A stretch of 64,000 nt of DNA from the human T2T-CHM13v2.0 reference genome, Homo sapiens. The notes beneath the pieces were generated by a model. It saw nothing but the letters and a program-made list of their open reading frames with translations, did not search any database and was not told the origin of the DNA. Positions 31,462 to 52,300 of this stretch are shown one piece after another (positions within the stretch are counted from its first letter, which is position 1; each line of letters opens with the position of its first letter). Location of the stretch: NCBI RefSeq assembly GCF_009914755.1, contig NC_060943.1; one strand, given 5' to 3'. The position numbers and the translations under genes were made by a program.

Positions 31462-33170
31462 TCAAAAAAATAAATAAAAATGTGCCTGGGCGCAGTGGCT
31501 CATGCCTGTAATCCCAACACTTTGGGAGGCCAGGGCGCGCGGATCACCTGAGATAGGGAGTTGGAGACCAGCCTGACCAATACGGAGAAACCCCGTCTCT
31601 ACTAAAAATACAAAATTAGCTAGGCATGGTGGCGCATGCCTGTAATCCCAGCTACTCGGGAGGCTGAGGTTGCGCTAAGCTGAGATAGCGCCATTGCACT
31701 CCAGCCTGCGCAACAAGAGCAAAACTCCATCTCAAATAAATAAATAAATAAATAAAACAAAAAAATTTGCTGGGCTTGGTGGCGCACGCCTGTAATCCCT
31801 GCTATTTGGGAGGCTGAAACAAGAGAATCACTTGAACCCGGGAGGTGGAGGTTGCAGTAAACCAAGAACGCACCACTGCACTCTAGCTTGGGCAACAAAG
31901 TGAGACCCTGTCTCAAATTAAAAAAAAAAAAAAAAAAAAGTTGCCTAAGGCTGAGGGGGGAAAAGGGAAGGATAGGGGTGATGGCTAAGGGGTGTGGGGT
32001 CTTTTTGGAGTAATGGAAACATTTTCCAATTAATGGTAGTAATGGATGTACAACTCTGAATATACTAAAAGTCATTGAATTGTGCACTCGAAATAGATAA
32101 ATTATATGGTATGTGGGTTATATCAATAAAGCTATTAAGCCTGGGCAACATAGTGAGATTACAGCTCAACAAAAAATTAAAAAATTAGCCAGGTATGGTG
32201 GCAGGTGCTTGTAGTCCCAGCTACTTAGGAGGCTGAGGCATGAGGATCACCTGAGCCCAGAAGGTCAAGGCTGCAGTAAGCTATGATCCCACCATTGCAC
32301 TCCAGCCTGGGTGACAGAGCAAGACCTTTTCTCAAAAACAAACAAACAAACAACAACAACAAAAAAGGGTGGGTGCAGTGGCTCATGCCTGTAATCCCAG
32401 CACTTTCACAAGCCCTGTAATCCTAGCACTTTAGGAGGCCAAGGTAGGAGGATCACTTGTGCCCAGTAGTTCAAGACCAGCCTGGGCAACATAACAAAAC
32501 CCTGTCTCTACAAGAACATACACAAATCAGCCAGGCGTGCTGGTGCATGCCTGTGGTCCCAGCTACCAGGGAGGCTAAGGTGGGAGGATCACCTGAGCCT
32601 GGGAGGTCAAGGCTGACTGCACTCCAGCCTAGGTGACAGAGACCCAGTCTCAAATAAAAAAAAAAAAGAAAGAAAGAAAGAAAGAAAAAAAAAAAACACT
32701 GAAGCTAAATCTACCATAGCTAAACCCTTCGTTCATTTCAAGACATGTTTGTTAGCACCTATTATGTACAATGTACATACATGTACAATGCATTTTTGCC
32801 TGCTTCCAGAGAAAGGCTTGAAATAAAGCTTCTGTAACCATTGTAGCTGAACTCTCTTCCCACACACAGCCCTCATTTCCTCTAAACACTCTGACTCAAA
32901 TGAACTGTCCCTATTTGGCAAAACTCTCTAACCTGGAGGCTGTCTTCTGTCACCTGACATTCTGTCCCCAAAGTCAGCCAAACTTTATTATACATCTTTA
33001 GCAATTGATCAGAAGAATGCCCTGCCAGCTGTTTCCCTCTCTCTGAGGGCAACTCCCCTGGCCCTCCCTCCTTCGGCCTGGTTGCAATTCTGGCCGGAAA
33101 CCCGCTGGTGCCTGTGGCAAATAAAGTGAGGAAGGCAGGAACCTTTAGACTTCCCAGTGTGAGGCAACGG

Positions 33171-33323
33171 CAGGGCTAGGACTAGGGTGAGGCTGTTGGT
33201 GCAAGATTTAAGGAGGCGCTCACTCACAGGTGCGGACCCTGCACTTACAGGACCCTGAGAGCGAGTGCCTCCTTAAATGTTGCACTCCAGGGTCCTCACC
33301 GTCCTTTTCCTAGTCCTGGGCTC
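33171..33323. mobile_element. MER96-like palindromic MITE (hAT)
   Basis: cagggctaggactagggtgagg...cctagtcctgggct termini and an internal 32-bp inverted repeat. Confidence 0.7.
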
Positions 33324-33730
33324 CGGGTTCTAAGCACCCAGATGCTCCTTCCTCAAACGGAGGTTTCCGCAAGACAGGACTGGGTCTCTTTCCTTCTCAG
33401 CCCTGCCCTCAGAATTCCAGCCCCTAATCAACTTTTATGGAGATGCATGCCAGGCCAAAGGGCTGCCCCTAAGCTTTAGGAAGGAAACTCCTTAAATGCT
33501 GTTGACTTAGGAGTTCCGCCAGTGCCCCACCTGCCCAGAGCCTCTTGCCCCAGTGCCCCACCTGGGTTTATGGTGCCCCCCTCCCAGAAATATGAGCTCA
33601 GGGGTCAGAAACCCAGGTCCTGAGGTCCCTCCTCCCCAAGGACTCAGGATCCCAGGCCCCCAGTCCCCTCTTCCCTTAAGTTTAAGAAGTCCAGGCCACC
33701 ACCCTCTTGGGGACCCAGCACCCAACTCAC

Positions 33731-33879
33731 GAAGCGCCCGAAGCGGATGGAGTCTCCATCCTCAATGTGTAAGTCAGCCTGGGCCCCACTAAGGCGGGAG
33801 ATGACAGACTGGCAGCCAGGGAGGAGGGAACGGAGCAGCCCCGAGCCTGTAATGTGGTCCGCGTGGCAGTGGGTATTCA
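33731..33879 (-). CDS. ETHE1: ETHE1 exon 3 (c.227-375), [12 protein letters not shown]...IRFGRF
   Basis: 149 nt; THxHxDH metallo-beta-lactamase motif; AG acceptor and GTgagt donor. Confidence 0.98.
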
Positions 33880-33961
33880 CTGGGAGAGAGAGGAGGGACA
33901 GGTCCGGAGGGTACAGAAAGGACCTGGGAGTCCCAGCCCAGATCCTTCTCCCTCAGACTCA

Positions 33962-34264
<303 letters not shown>

Positions 34265-34554
34265 CTATCCTCTTCCTAAGATCCAGAAGCAGAAACCCCA
34301 GCCCACTCTTTCCCCGGGAGTCGGGAGTCCGGAGCCCCACTACCTTCCCCTATCAGAACAAAAGAGTTCCAACTTTCTAACATCCCAAAATCAGGGTCCC
34401 CAGCACGTTCTTTCATAGAGGACCCAGGGGTCTGGCCCCAAGCCCAGAGGCCCCCAGACCACTCACCTTTAAAGGACCCAAGAGTCCAGCCCTAAACCTC
34501 CACCCCGCTTTCCGCAAGATGCAGGCGTGGGTCCCCCCGGATCTCTCCCTATTA

Positions 34555-34900
<346 letters not shown>

Positions 34901-35053
34901 TGCCTGGACGCTTTGAGACCCAGAAAAAACAGAGAACAGGGAGACACTCAAAGTGCGAGGGACAGACGCTCAGAGACACACAGACATACTCATGTAGGAA
35001 CAGAGATAGGGAGAGAAGTAGAAACCCAGGGAGAGGCCCCAGTACACTCATAG

Positions 35054-39960
<4,907 letters not shown>

Positions 39961-40449
39961 CACTTTCTAGTCTAAACACTTTCCATTGATTATCATATTT
40001 AATCCTAAAAACGCTCCATTTTATAGATGAGGAAACAGGCCTAGAAAGAGAGCTAGAAAGGGTCACACGGCTAGAAAGTGGCACAGCCGTATTCCAAACC
40101 AGTTACCCAGGCAATCTGGCTCCAGAGTCCAAATAACCCCGCCAAACTCCCAGGGATCGCCAGACCTTGCGGGTTATCGGACTGAGACCCACCCATGCAG
40201 AGGACTTTTATGGGCATTTCCTGGTCCTTTCTGCACCAGGCAGGAAGGTGCACCGCCACTGCTCGGGAAGAATGCTAAGCTGCATGCCACCCCAGGCCTG
40301 GCACCAAGAGCATGGGCCAGGGCACCTCGGGACCACCCAGGCTTCCGAGGGGGAAGGTAGATGGGTGCGTGGCTGAGAATCTTGAATCACCCAATAGCGA
40401 GGTGTGCCAAGGCGCTGTGCAAATAACGTGCCTTTTATTGGGCACTGGC

Positions 40450-42060
40450 TCTCTTTGAGCCCGGAGTCCCGCCCCCGCCCTCTCTCGAAGAACTGGCCAG
40501 ACTTTTTGCAAACGCCTTGAAGGGTAGAATTAGCAGCGAGCTCTTGAAACTGCCTCTGGAGATGGAACTCAGCGGAATTCTCGAAAAGAAGAGGGACATT
40601 AAAAAGACGGGTGCATGCACTGATTTCCAAGCGCAGTTTGTCCATGTTAGTCTTGTACATGCTTGACTCCAGTCAGCCACCGTAGGCCCCGCCACCGGCG
40701 GTGCACTTTCCGTCGATACGGTAGCTTCGCGCTTGCTCACGAACTTGCCTGCGTGGCTGGCGCACCCAGCCCCTCCTTCCATTCCTTCTTCCCCCTCTCT
40801 GCAGCCTCTGCCAGCCCGCACTGCGCATGCTTTCTGACGCCCCCTTTGGTCCAGCGTGGGAGGAGGGGATGGAAATGAGGTTGGGCTAAGCAGCTTGCGC
40901 GCGCTCCCTTGCCTGCCCTCCCCCGACGCCGGACGCGCGCCGGGCGGGGCAGCTCCGCTGGTCCGAGGGCAGTGCAGCAGCGGCGACAGCGGCTGCGGCC
41001 GTGGCCGTGGCGGGAGGAGCCGGAAGCCCCGCCCCCGGGGAGGGGCCGTCCTGCAGGTGAGGGCGCAGGGGTTCGGGCGCGGATATTGGCTTGCAGGCTG
41101 AATGCCAGAATCACCCCGAGGGAGATCGGTTGTGGTCCGGACGCCTAGATTCTGGAGATGCTGGAGGGACTGTGCATTGGTGCCAGAGCCTCGGGAGGGT
41201 GCATCGGTGCCTGAATGTCTGATTCCGAGGGGTGCATTGAATCCTTTACGCTTGGGACTCTGAGGGAAAAGTCCATTAGGGGTCTCTGGACCGCGACGCA
41301 TGCCAGGTTCCTTCCGTATCTTCCTCCAGGTCCCCCCTCTATCCTCCACGGCCCCATCCAAGCCAGGGATGAAATTTAACGGCAAGAAGGGCGCAGTTGA
41401 CGCGGCGTCAATGAACTGAGACTAAGTCAAAAGCCGGGTAAAGCTAGGTCTTCGACGTGAAGCCCCGCCCACTGTGCCCATAGGCCCCTCCCCTGGGACG
41501 GTGATGAAAGACCTGCCCACTCCGCTCGAAGGCCCCCGCCCCCTGGGTCTAGTTTCAGAACAAGACTTTTTTTGTACAGCCCCGCCCATTCCAGGACTGC
41601 AGGGTCTGGTGGGGAAGGTCCCGCCCACTCTGCGCATAGGCCCCGCCGGCTCCGCGCTTAAGACGGCCGCTGAGTTAGTTGTGGAGACCCCGCCCACTCT
41701 GCTGAAAGACTCCAACCCTGGGTTTAGATAGCGAAGGGACTGCCTCTGGCTTGAATTTGCATAGCCCCGCTCACTGTGCTCTTAGGCTCCGCCTCCCCGC
41801 TAAGCCTGCCCCCGCCTTAGCATCCCATACTTGCAGACCTTGCTCCTAAACAGTGTGATCCCTCATTTTAGGCCCTCCAACCCTATCCCCATCAGCCTGG
41901 TCATCACCGGCGTCACCCCCGCCCCGCGCCCTGCCCCTAGGTTCCTGTGCCAGCAAGATGCTGGAGCGAGGCGCGGAGTCCGCGGCCGGGGCTACCGATC
42001 CTAGTCCCACTGGCAAGGAACCAGTGACCAAAGAAGGTGAGAGTGCCCCGCCTGTGAGTA
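40450..42060 (+). promoter_or_regulatory. ZNF575: ZNF575 CpG island, promoter and 5' UTR exons (donor CAG|GTgagg after 41056)
   Basis: CpG-rich; NRF1-like ctgcgcatgc at about 40821; many GC boxes. Confidence 0.75.
41958..42036 (+). CDS. ZNF575: ZNF575 first coding exon, MLERGAESAAGATDPSPTGKEPVTKE
   Basis: aagATG start; AAG|GTgaga donor; phase 1 joins exon 42564 in frame. Confidence 0.9.
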
Positions 42061-42563
42061 GGGAGCATTCTCCAGGAACGGGGGCCAAAATAATCACATT
42101 CTGGGGGAATCTCAGGGTGAAAATTTGAGGGCCCTAGGGTGATGACTATTTGGGATCCCCAAAACTGCCACATTCTGGGAAATCCTCCCATTTGGCTCAG
42201 AGAGAGCCTCAGTGACCATTTGCTAAGGCTCAGGAAATGAGCCTTACAGAAGGGACGGGTCAGGGATGACATGCGGGATGTCAGGGTGATCACTGGGAAG
42301 ATACTAGAAACGGATACCTTGGTAGCTTTGAGGAAGCCTTAGTAGCTTTGGGGATCCAGGAAAGTAACCCTTTGGAGTCCCTCAGAATGACGCCTGGGGG
42401 GAGGGGGGAGCAGAAACATGCAATTTGGGGAGTCTCAATGTGATGCTTGAGGTGCCCAGGTACACTTGGAGGAGCCCCACGAATATCAAAGTCGTGGCGG
42501 AGCCTGGCCTAGGCCCAGGGCGTTGGCTGCTTCCTGGAGCCCACCAGCCCTCCTGTCCCCCAG

Positions 42564-43222
42564 CTCCCCACCAGGGCCCACCGCAGAAGCCCAGCCAGTC
42601 AGCTCCAGGGCCCACCGCGTCCGCGGGCTCGCCTCCCCGGCCTCGCCGGCGGCCCCCGCCCCAGCGCCCGCACCGCTGCCCCGACTGTGACAAGGCCTTC
42701 TCGTACCCGTCCAAGCTGGCCACGCACCGCTTAGCACACGGAGGCGCCCGACCCCACCCATGCCCAGACTGCCCCAAGGCCTTCTCCTACCCCTCCAAGC
42801 TGGCAGCCCACCGCCTCACGCACAGCGGCGCCCGCCCGCACCCGTGCCCACACTGCCCGAAGTCCTTTGGCCACCGCTCCAAGCTGGCGGCTCACCTCTG
42901 GACCCACGCACCCACCCGCCCCTACCCGTGCCCCGACTGCCCCAAGTCCTTCTGCTACCCTTCCAAGCTGGCGGCCCACCGCCACACGCACCACGCCACC
43001 GACGCCCGCCCCTATCCTTGCCCGCATTGCCCCAAGGCTTTCTCATTTCCCTCCAAGCTGGCCGCCCATCGCCTATGTCACGACCCCCCAACCGCGCCCG
43101 GCAGCCAGGCGACTGCCTGGCACCGATGCTCCAGCTGCGGCCAGGCCTTTGGCCAGAGACGCTTACTGCTCCTTCATCAACGCAGCCACCACCAGGTGGA
43201 GCACAAGGGGGAGAGAGACTGA
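42564..43222 (+). CDS. ZNF575: ZNF575 last coding exon with six C2H2 zinc fingers (total 245 aa, no KRAB or SCAN domain)
   Basis: ccccAG acceptor; six CxxC-x12-HxxxH motifs; TGA at 43220-43222; 79+659 = 738 nt. Confidence 0.95.
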
Positions 43223-43918
43223 GCCCTCCCTTGGCTCACTGTCCCCTTCTGCCGCCAGCCCTAGCCAGTAAGAGGTGGGATTTCTAAGACCGACTGTATG
43301 AGCTCGCCTCTTCCAGATAGCTGGCAGAGGGCAGGGCAAGGGATTGGCCATTTATACTGGGCTCGAGCTCAGAAGCCCGAGGAACTCTTTGCTCCCCTGC
43401 TTTGGGGAGATCTCAAACCATGGACGTGGAGCTGTGGTTTGACAGCGCTGGCTCTGCTTCTCCCCACACACTTACATGGCAAAGGTAAAAAGTCTGCTAC
43501 TATCGTGGGTTGATGAGGATTGTGGGCAAACAGGCTCTCTTGTTAAAAGTTTAAACTGGTGTCTCCACTTTGGCCATATGACGGTATCTAAGAAATTGAA
43601 AATACATACATGCTTGTCTCAACTCTTCCACTTGTAGGAATTTATTCTATAAACTCATGAATGTGAAAAAAAAGCATAGTGTTAAGGGTGTTCACTGCAG
43701 TGCGACTGTTGTGGCCAAAGACTGGAAGCAACTCAAGTGCCCAAGAACAGGGGACCGACTATTGAATTACAGCCATGGAATGGAATAGGTAGCCATAGGA
43801 AAAAAGGAAGCGCTATATGTACTGATGTGGAAAAATCTCCGATACACTAGGTGATAAGAGCAAGAACAAAGGGTATATACCACTGACCATTTAAAGACAT
43901 TCAAAAGCCCAAGCTTCA

Positions 43919-46115
<2,197 letters not shown>

Positions 46116-46194
46116 GACATGGATGAGTGGAGGATGGACAGACTAATCATAAATAAGGCTAAGAGACATGGGGAAAAATTAAGTTGAATCCCCT

Positions 46195-46630
46195 GGTATG
46201 TAGAAGAATGATCCCCCAAAGATATCCACATTTGAATCCCCAGAACCTGTATGTTAGCTTGCATGTAGCAAAAGGGACATTGCAGATGTGATTGAGATGG
46301 GTAAGTTATCCTGATTATTCAGATAGGCCCAATATAATCACAAAGGTCCTTATATGGGAAAGAAGGACGCAGAAGACAGAGAGAGGTGATCATGAAAGCA
46401 AACATTCGAGTGATGAAAGGCCCCAAGTCAAGGAATTTTGCCTACAAAGGGCAAGGAAATAAATTCCTCCTTAGAGCCTCCAGAAGGATTGCAGCCCTGC
46501 TGACACTTGATTTTAGCCCAATAAGGCTGATTTTGGACTACTGACCTCCAGAACTATAATAAAATTAACTTGTGTAGTTTAAAACCACTAAGCTTATGGC
46601 AATTTGTTACAGCAACAATGGGAAACTACT
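46195..46630 (+). mobile_element. MLT1-type MaLR LTR; a second Alu-interrupted copy lies at about 48410-49390
   Basis: cccccaaagatatccaca...gagcctccagaagg...gcagccctgctgacac...aatttgttacagcaac, typical of MLT1. Confidence 0.75.
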
Positions 46631-46992
46631 GCAGATCCCTACCTCACACCATATGCAAAAACAAGTTTCTGGGAGTTTAAGATCTAAATCTGAAGAGAAG
46701 AACTCAAAAATATTTACATGGAAATAAGAAGAATTATCTTAGTAACTCCAGAAGTAGAGACAGTATCCTTAAGAGACAAAAGAATGTAAATCATAGATGA
46801 AAACATGGGTAAATGTGACCATAAACGAATGTAAAGTTATGACTAGGATGGATGAGATATAGTATTTTAAGAGTGTGTACCTGGCATATCCTATTATACA
46901 GTGGAGGTTAGGAAAGGCCTTGTTGAGGATGTAATGTCTGAACTGAGATCTGAAAGTTGTGGTGGAAGGAGTGAGAGAGTAGAAAGTGTCCA

Positions 46993-47698
<706 letters not shown>

Positions 47699-48780
47699 AG
47701 AAAGTGTCCAGCCTAAGGGCTAGGACTGAGCAGGCTGCTGAACTGCACTCTACTCAGTAAGGCATTTCGGGGAAGGTTTTGGGAGGGGTAAGGGTTCTAC
47801 TCTGTCCTCCCAACCCAGCAGTGCTGCTTGTATCCACGTTTATGCAGAGAACTGTCCGGAAGAATTTCTCCAAAGCAACCACACCAGCAGCAAAATTTCA
47901 AAGACACATACTCATGTGAGAGGGTGTTGATCTGGTCCAACCTTACTTTTACAGATTGGGGAAATGAGGCCAGGAAAGATGAGATTTATTGGCAACCAAA
48001 CCACAGGGCAGTACCTGAGTCTAGGTGGATCCTAGGTCTCTTGATAGCCTGACACCCACCCAGCTGTTCCTTGAACACATAATGCTCGCTCCTGCCTCGG
48101 GGCCTTTGCACTTGCTTTTCCTCTACCTGGAAGGGCTCTCTCAGATACTCCTTACTTCTCCCAGGTCCCTGCAGAGGGGTAAGTCCTCCAAGAGGCCATC
48201 CCCAATCATCCTATCTATAAACTACCAGGACCCTGCCATTGCTCTGTCACTCACAATGCTCTGTTTTCCTTGCTCTCACAGCATTTCCCACTGTCCAAGG
48301 TTGCATTGCACGTGCACCATCTCTCTCCCCCTGTACAATGTCAGGCCAATGAGATCGGGGACTACTGTTTTTTTCATACTGTCTTCCCAGTGTCCCCCAC
48401 ATGGTGGCTTTGGTAGGCAGAGTAATGGCCTCCCAAAGATGTTCACATCCCAGCTGGGCACAGTGGCTCACGCCTGTAATCCAGCACTTTGAATGGCTGA
48501 GGCGAGTGGGTCACCTGAAGTCAGGAGTTCGAGACCTGCCTGGCCAACATGGCGAAACCCCGTCTCTACTAAAAATACAAAAATTAGCTGGGCATGATGG
48601 CAGGCGCCTGGAATCCCAGGTACTCGGGTGGCTAAGGCAGAGAATTGCTTGAACCTGGGAGGCAGAGGTTGCAGTGAGCCAAGAACACACCACTGCACTC
48701 CAGCCTGCGTGATAGAGCAAGACTCCGTCTCAAAAACAAAAAAACAGGGAGATTATCCCAAATGATCTAGGTAGGCTTAA

Positions 48781-49130
<350 letters not shown>

Positions 49131-49742
49131 TGAGAAGGACTCAACAGGCCATTGCAGGCCTGGAATATAGAAGGTGAATGGAATGTGGGTGGCTTCTAGA
49201 AGCTGGAAAAGACAAGAAAACAGATTCTCCCCTCAAGCCTCCAGAAGGAACGCAGCCCTGCCTACCTTGATTTTTAGCCCAAGGATACCCATTTTGGACT
49301 TCAGACCTCCAAACCTGTAAGATCATAAATTTCTATTATTTTAAGCCACTGAGTTTGTGATAATTTGTTATAGCAGTAGTACAAAACTAACATGGTGAGT
49401 TATCGGTGGGAGTGTGAATGAGCAAACGAATGAGTGAACATGAAGTCTAAAGCCACCCTTAGCTGGGCAGTGTGGCTCAACACCTGTAATCCCAGCACTT
49501 TAGGAGGCCAAGGCGGGAAGACTGCTTGAGGCCAGAAGTTCGAGGCCAGCCTGGGCAACATAGTGAGAGCCCATCTCTACAAAAAATAGAAAATTTATCA
49601 GGTGTGGTGGTACATGCCTATAGTCCCAGCTGCTCAGGAGGCTGAAGCAGGAGGATCGCTTGGGCCCAGGAGTTCGAGGCTGGAGTGAACAATGATTGCA
49701 CCACTGCACTTCAGCCTGGGCAACAGAGCAAGACCCTGTCTC

Positions 49743-49785
<43 letters not shown>

Positions 49786-50855
49786 CCACCCTCATCTTAA
49801 AGATGCAAAAACAAAGGTCCAGAAAGAGACAGGAGTGAGACTGGTAGCCCTTGGTTGATGAGGCAAAAGTTGGGAAAGGGCTTGGAATGTCCAATAAAAG
49901 GTTACCCAAAGGTCAGATCTCAAACCTACCTCTGACCCTGGCCTCTGTCCTGCTCAAACCCCCTCCCAACCTTCCCACCCTCAGATTAAAGTCCAGGCTT
50001 CTCAGCCTGGAGTTCGCAGACCTTCAGGCCAGCCCTGTCCAAAAGACCTTTCTAGACTGATGCAAATGTTCTCTGTACTGCCTAATACAATAGCCACTGA
50101 GCAATTGAAATGCATGGCCAGTGTGACTATGGAAGTGAAGTTTACATTTCATTTCATTTCATTTTAATTAATTTAAATAGCCACCTGTACCCAGTGGTGA
50201 TCACACTGGACAGCAGAGCTGCAAGGACTGTGCCTGGCTTTCTAAATCTGCCCCCAAAGCCTCTTTGCCAAAGGCAGCAATGCTCTTCTGCCTGCCTCAG
50301 GCTGCTTCCCACCTCCTGGCCCATGCTATGGCCTCTGCCTAGAGCACCATCCCATCCTCTGCCCTGATTCCCTCACAATCACCTCAATTCCCACTTAAAT
50401 GTGGTGGAGCCTTGAAGGGGGTGCAGGGTTTGGGTAGGTTGCTTAAAATGTCCCTTCCTCCCATTCTACCTCCTAAATTAGGTGATGTAAAACCACAGTG
50501 GTGACATTCATTATACAGCTACTTCTGAAAACCCTGGAGGAAAGGCACTATCCCTGGCCTGGGGACGCTGAGGCTTCAGGAGAGAGACAAGCCTCATGGG
50601 TACCCAGGCCTCCAGCCACAAAGGGACAGCCAAGATACAGGTGTGGCTCAGAGGGCCAGAAAAAGTTGAGGGGCAGTGCTGAGGGTCAGATTTCCAGTTC
50701 CCTGCCTCTTGCCAACACAGGGATAAGGGGCCAAGCAGAAGAGACAAAGAGTTCCTTCTCTACCAGATCTCTGACGGAGGTGCCCAGCATTCTTCCCCAG
50801 GTCCCAGGGAGCCTCTTAGAGTTTTGGGAGACTCTTGGATGAGAACCAACTCATC

Positions 50856-50861
50856 TTTATT
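50856..50861 (-). terminator. XRCC1: XRCC1 polyadenylation signal AATAAA
   Basis: tttatt on the + strand, 60 nt past the stop codon. Confidence 0.85.
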
Positions 50862-50868
50862 AAATGCA

Positions 50869-50870
<2 letters not shown>

Positions 50871-50908
<38 letters not shown>
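50871..50908 (-). repeat. (AC)19 microsatellite in the XRCC1 3' UTR
   Basis: Perfect (GT)19 on the + strand, between the stop codon and the polyA signal. Confidence 0.97.
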
Positions 50909-50911
<3 letters not shown>

Positions 50912-50920
50912 GCACATACT

Positions 50921-51034
50921 TCAGGCTTGCGGCACCACCCCATAGAGCTGGTGAGGAAGTAACTTCTGCTTCTCATTGCAACTGTAGATCCATCGGGGAC
51001 GAACGAATGCCAGGGAGGGGTTGTCCATCAGGGC
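50921..51034 (-). CDS. XRCC1: XRCC1 exon 17 (c.1789-1902), end of BRCT2, ALMDNPSLAFVRPRWI...VVPQA*
   Basis: 114 nt; ctgcAG acceptor; TGA at 50921-50923. Confidence 0.97.
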   Translation of the reverse strand, partial: ALMDNPSLAFVRPRWIYSCNEKQKLLPHQLYGVVPQA

Positions 51035-51140
51035 CTGCAGGGTGGGGTGGAGTCCATACGGGAATGTGTCATCGAGGGGAGGACGGAGGAGATGCAAAGG
51101 TGTGCCCGGGTCTCCCATTCTCTGCCTCTTTGGTACTCAC

Positions 51141-51216
51141 CTCCTCAAAGCTGGGATCCCATTCCTGTGCTGTGATCACAAACTGAACCCGGTCACTCAT
51201 ATAGTCCTCGAGCTCC
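51141..51216 (-). CDS. XRCC1: XRCC1 exon 16 (c.1713-1788)
   Basis: 76 nt; ELEDYMSDRVQFVITAQEWDPSFEE; AG acceptor and GTgagt donor. Confidence 0.96.
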
Positions 51217-51672
51217 CTGGCGGGAGAGAAGAAAAGAGGTAGAAGGCACATCAGGGAATCAGCACTGACGTCCTACTCCCCAGCCACTCTCAATGGCTGT
51301 CCCCACACTGTCCCCACCTATGCGCCTCTAGGTTGCCTCTAGGCTCCATTCTTTCATGTATCCATCTTGCCACAGCCACAATGACCAGAGCTCCCACAGT
51401 GGCTAATCCTCAGGCTGTCCCTTTCAGAAGCAGGGGTAGGGGTAGGGATCCTCGCCATACAGAAGAGGAAACTGAGGCAAGCAATGCACCCTGGGCTGCC
51501 GGTGGTGGGCAAGCTAGCATTCGGATTCCATGACCTGTGCCCACCTGCTGGGCATGGCCCTTCTCCATCCTCCTGATGGTCTTCTTTCCCACACCCCCAC
51601 CCCTCCCAGCAGGTCCCTGAGCGTTCCCTTGGATCCATCACCCCTTCCCCACCCCAGTCCCTGGAGACTCAC

Positions 51673-51763
51673 CCATTGAAGGCTGTGACGTATCGGATGA
51701 GTTTCCGCCGCTCGTCCCCAGGGAACTCCCCGTAAAGAAAGAAGTGCTTGCCCTGGAAGAAAT
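51673..51763 (-). CDS. XRCC1: XRCC1 exon 15 (c.1622-1712), start of BRCT2
   Basis: 91 nt; DFFQGKHFFLYGEFPGDERRKLIRYVTAFNG. Confidence 0.97.
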
Positions 51764-52006
51764 CTGCAGGAGAGAAGGGGGCTAAGGTAAGCATGAGGCC
51801 CCAGGAGTTCCCAGGCACCAAACAGGAGTGACGAGGCTGACCCAGCAGCTGAGGAGAGGGCTGTCCACATGTGGGCAGGGATTGATGGCAGGCAGTGGAC
51901 CCTGCCCAGCGGCCCATCAGAGCCTCCTGGGGAGGTAGGTTGGTTGGTTGGTTGGTTTGCTTTAATGGTAGAAGATACAATGCCTATTATTGTGATTTGT
52001 TTCTGA

Positions 52007-52300
<294 letters not shown>

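Noticed and set aside
40435-41385. 316-aa minus-strand ORF over the ZNF575 promoter
   Set aside because: Stop-poor CpG-island sequence with low-complexity G/R/P/A composition and no recognisable domain
42425-42563. N-terminal part of the 265-aa ZNF575 ORF
   Set aside because: Starts at a non-ATG codon in the intron; the spliced 245-aa model with canonical sites explains the gene
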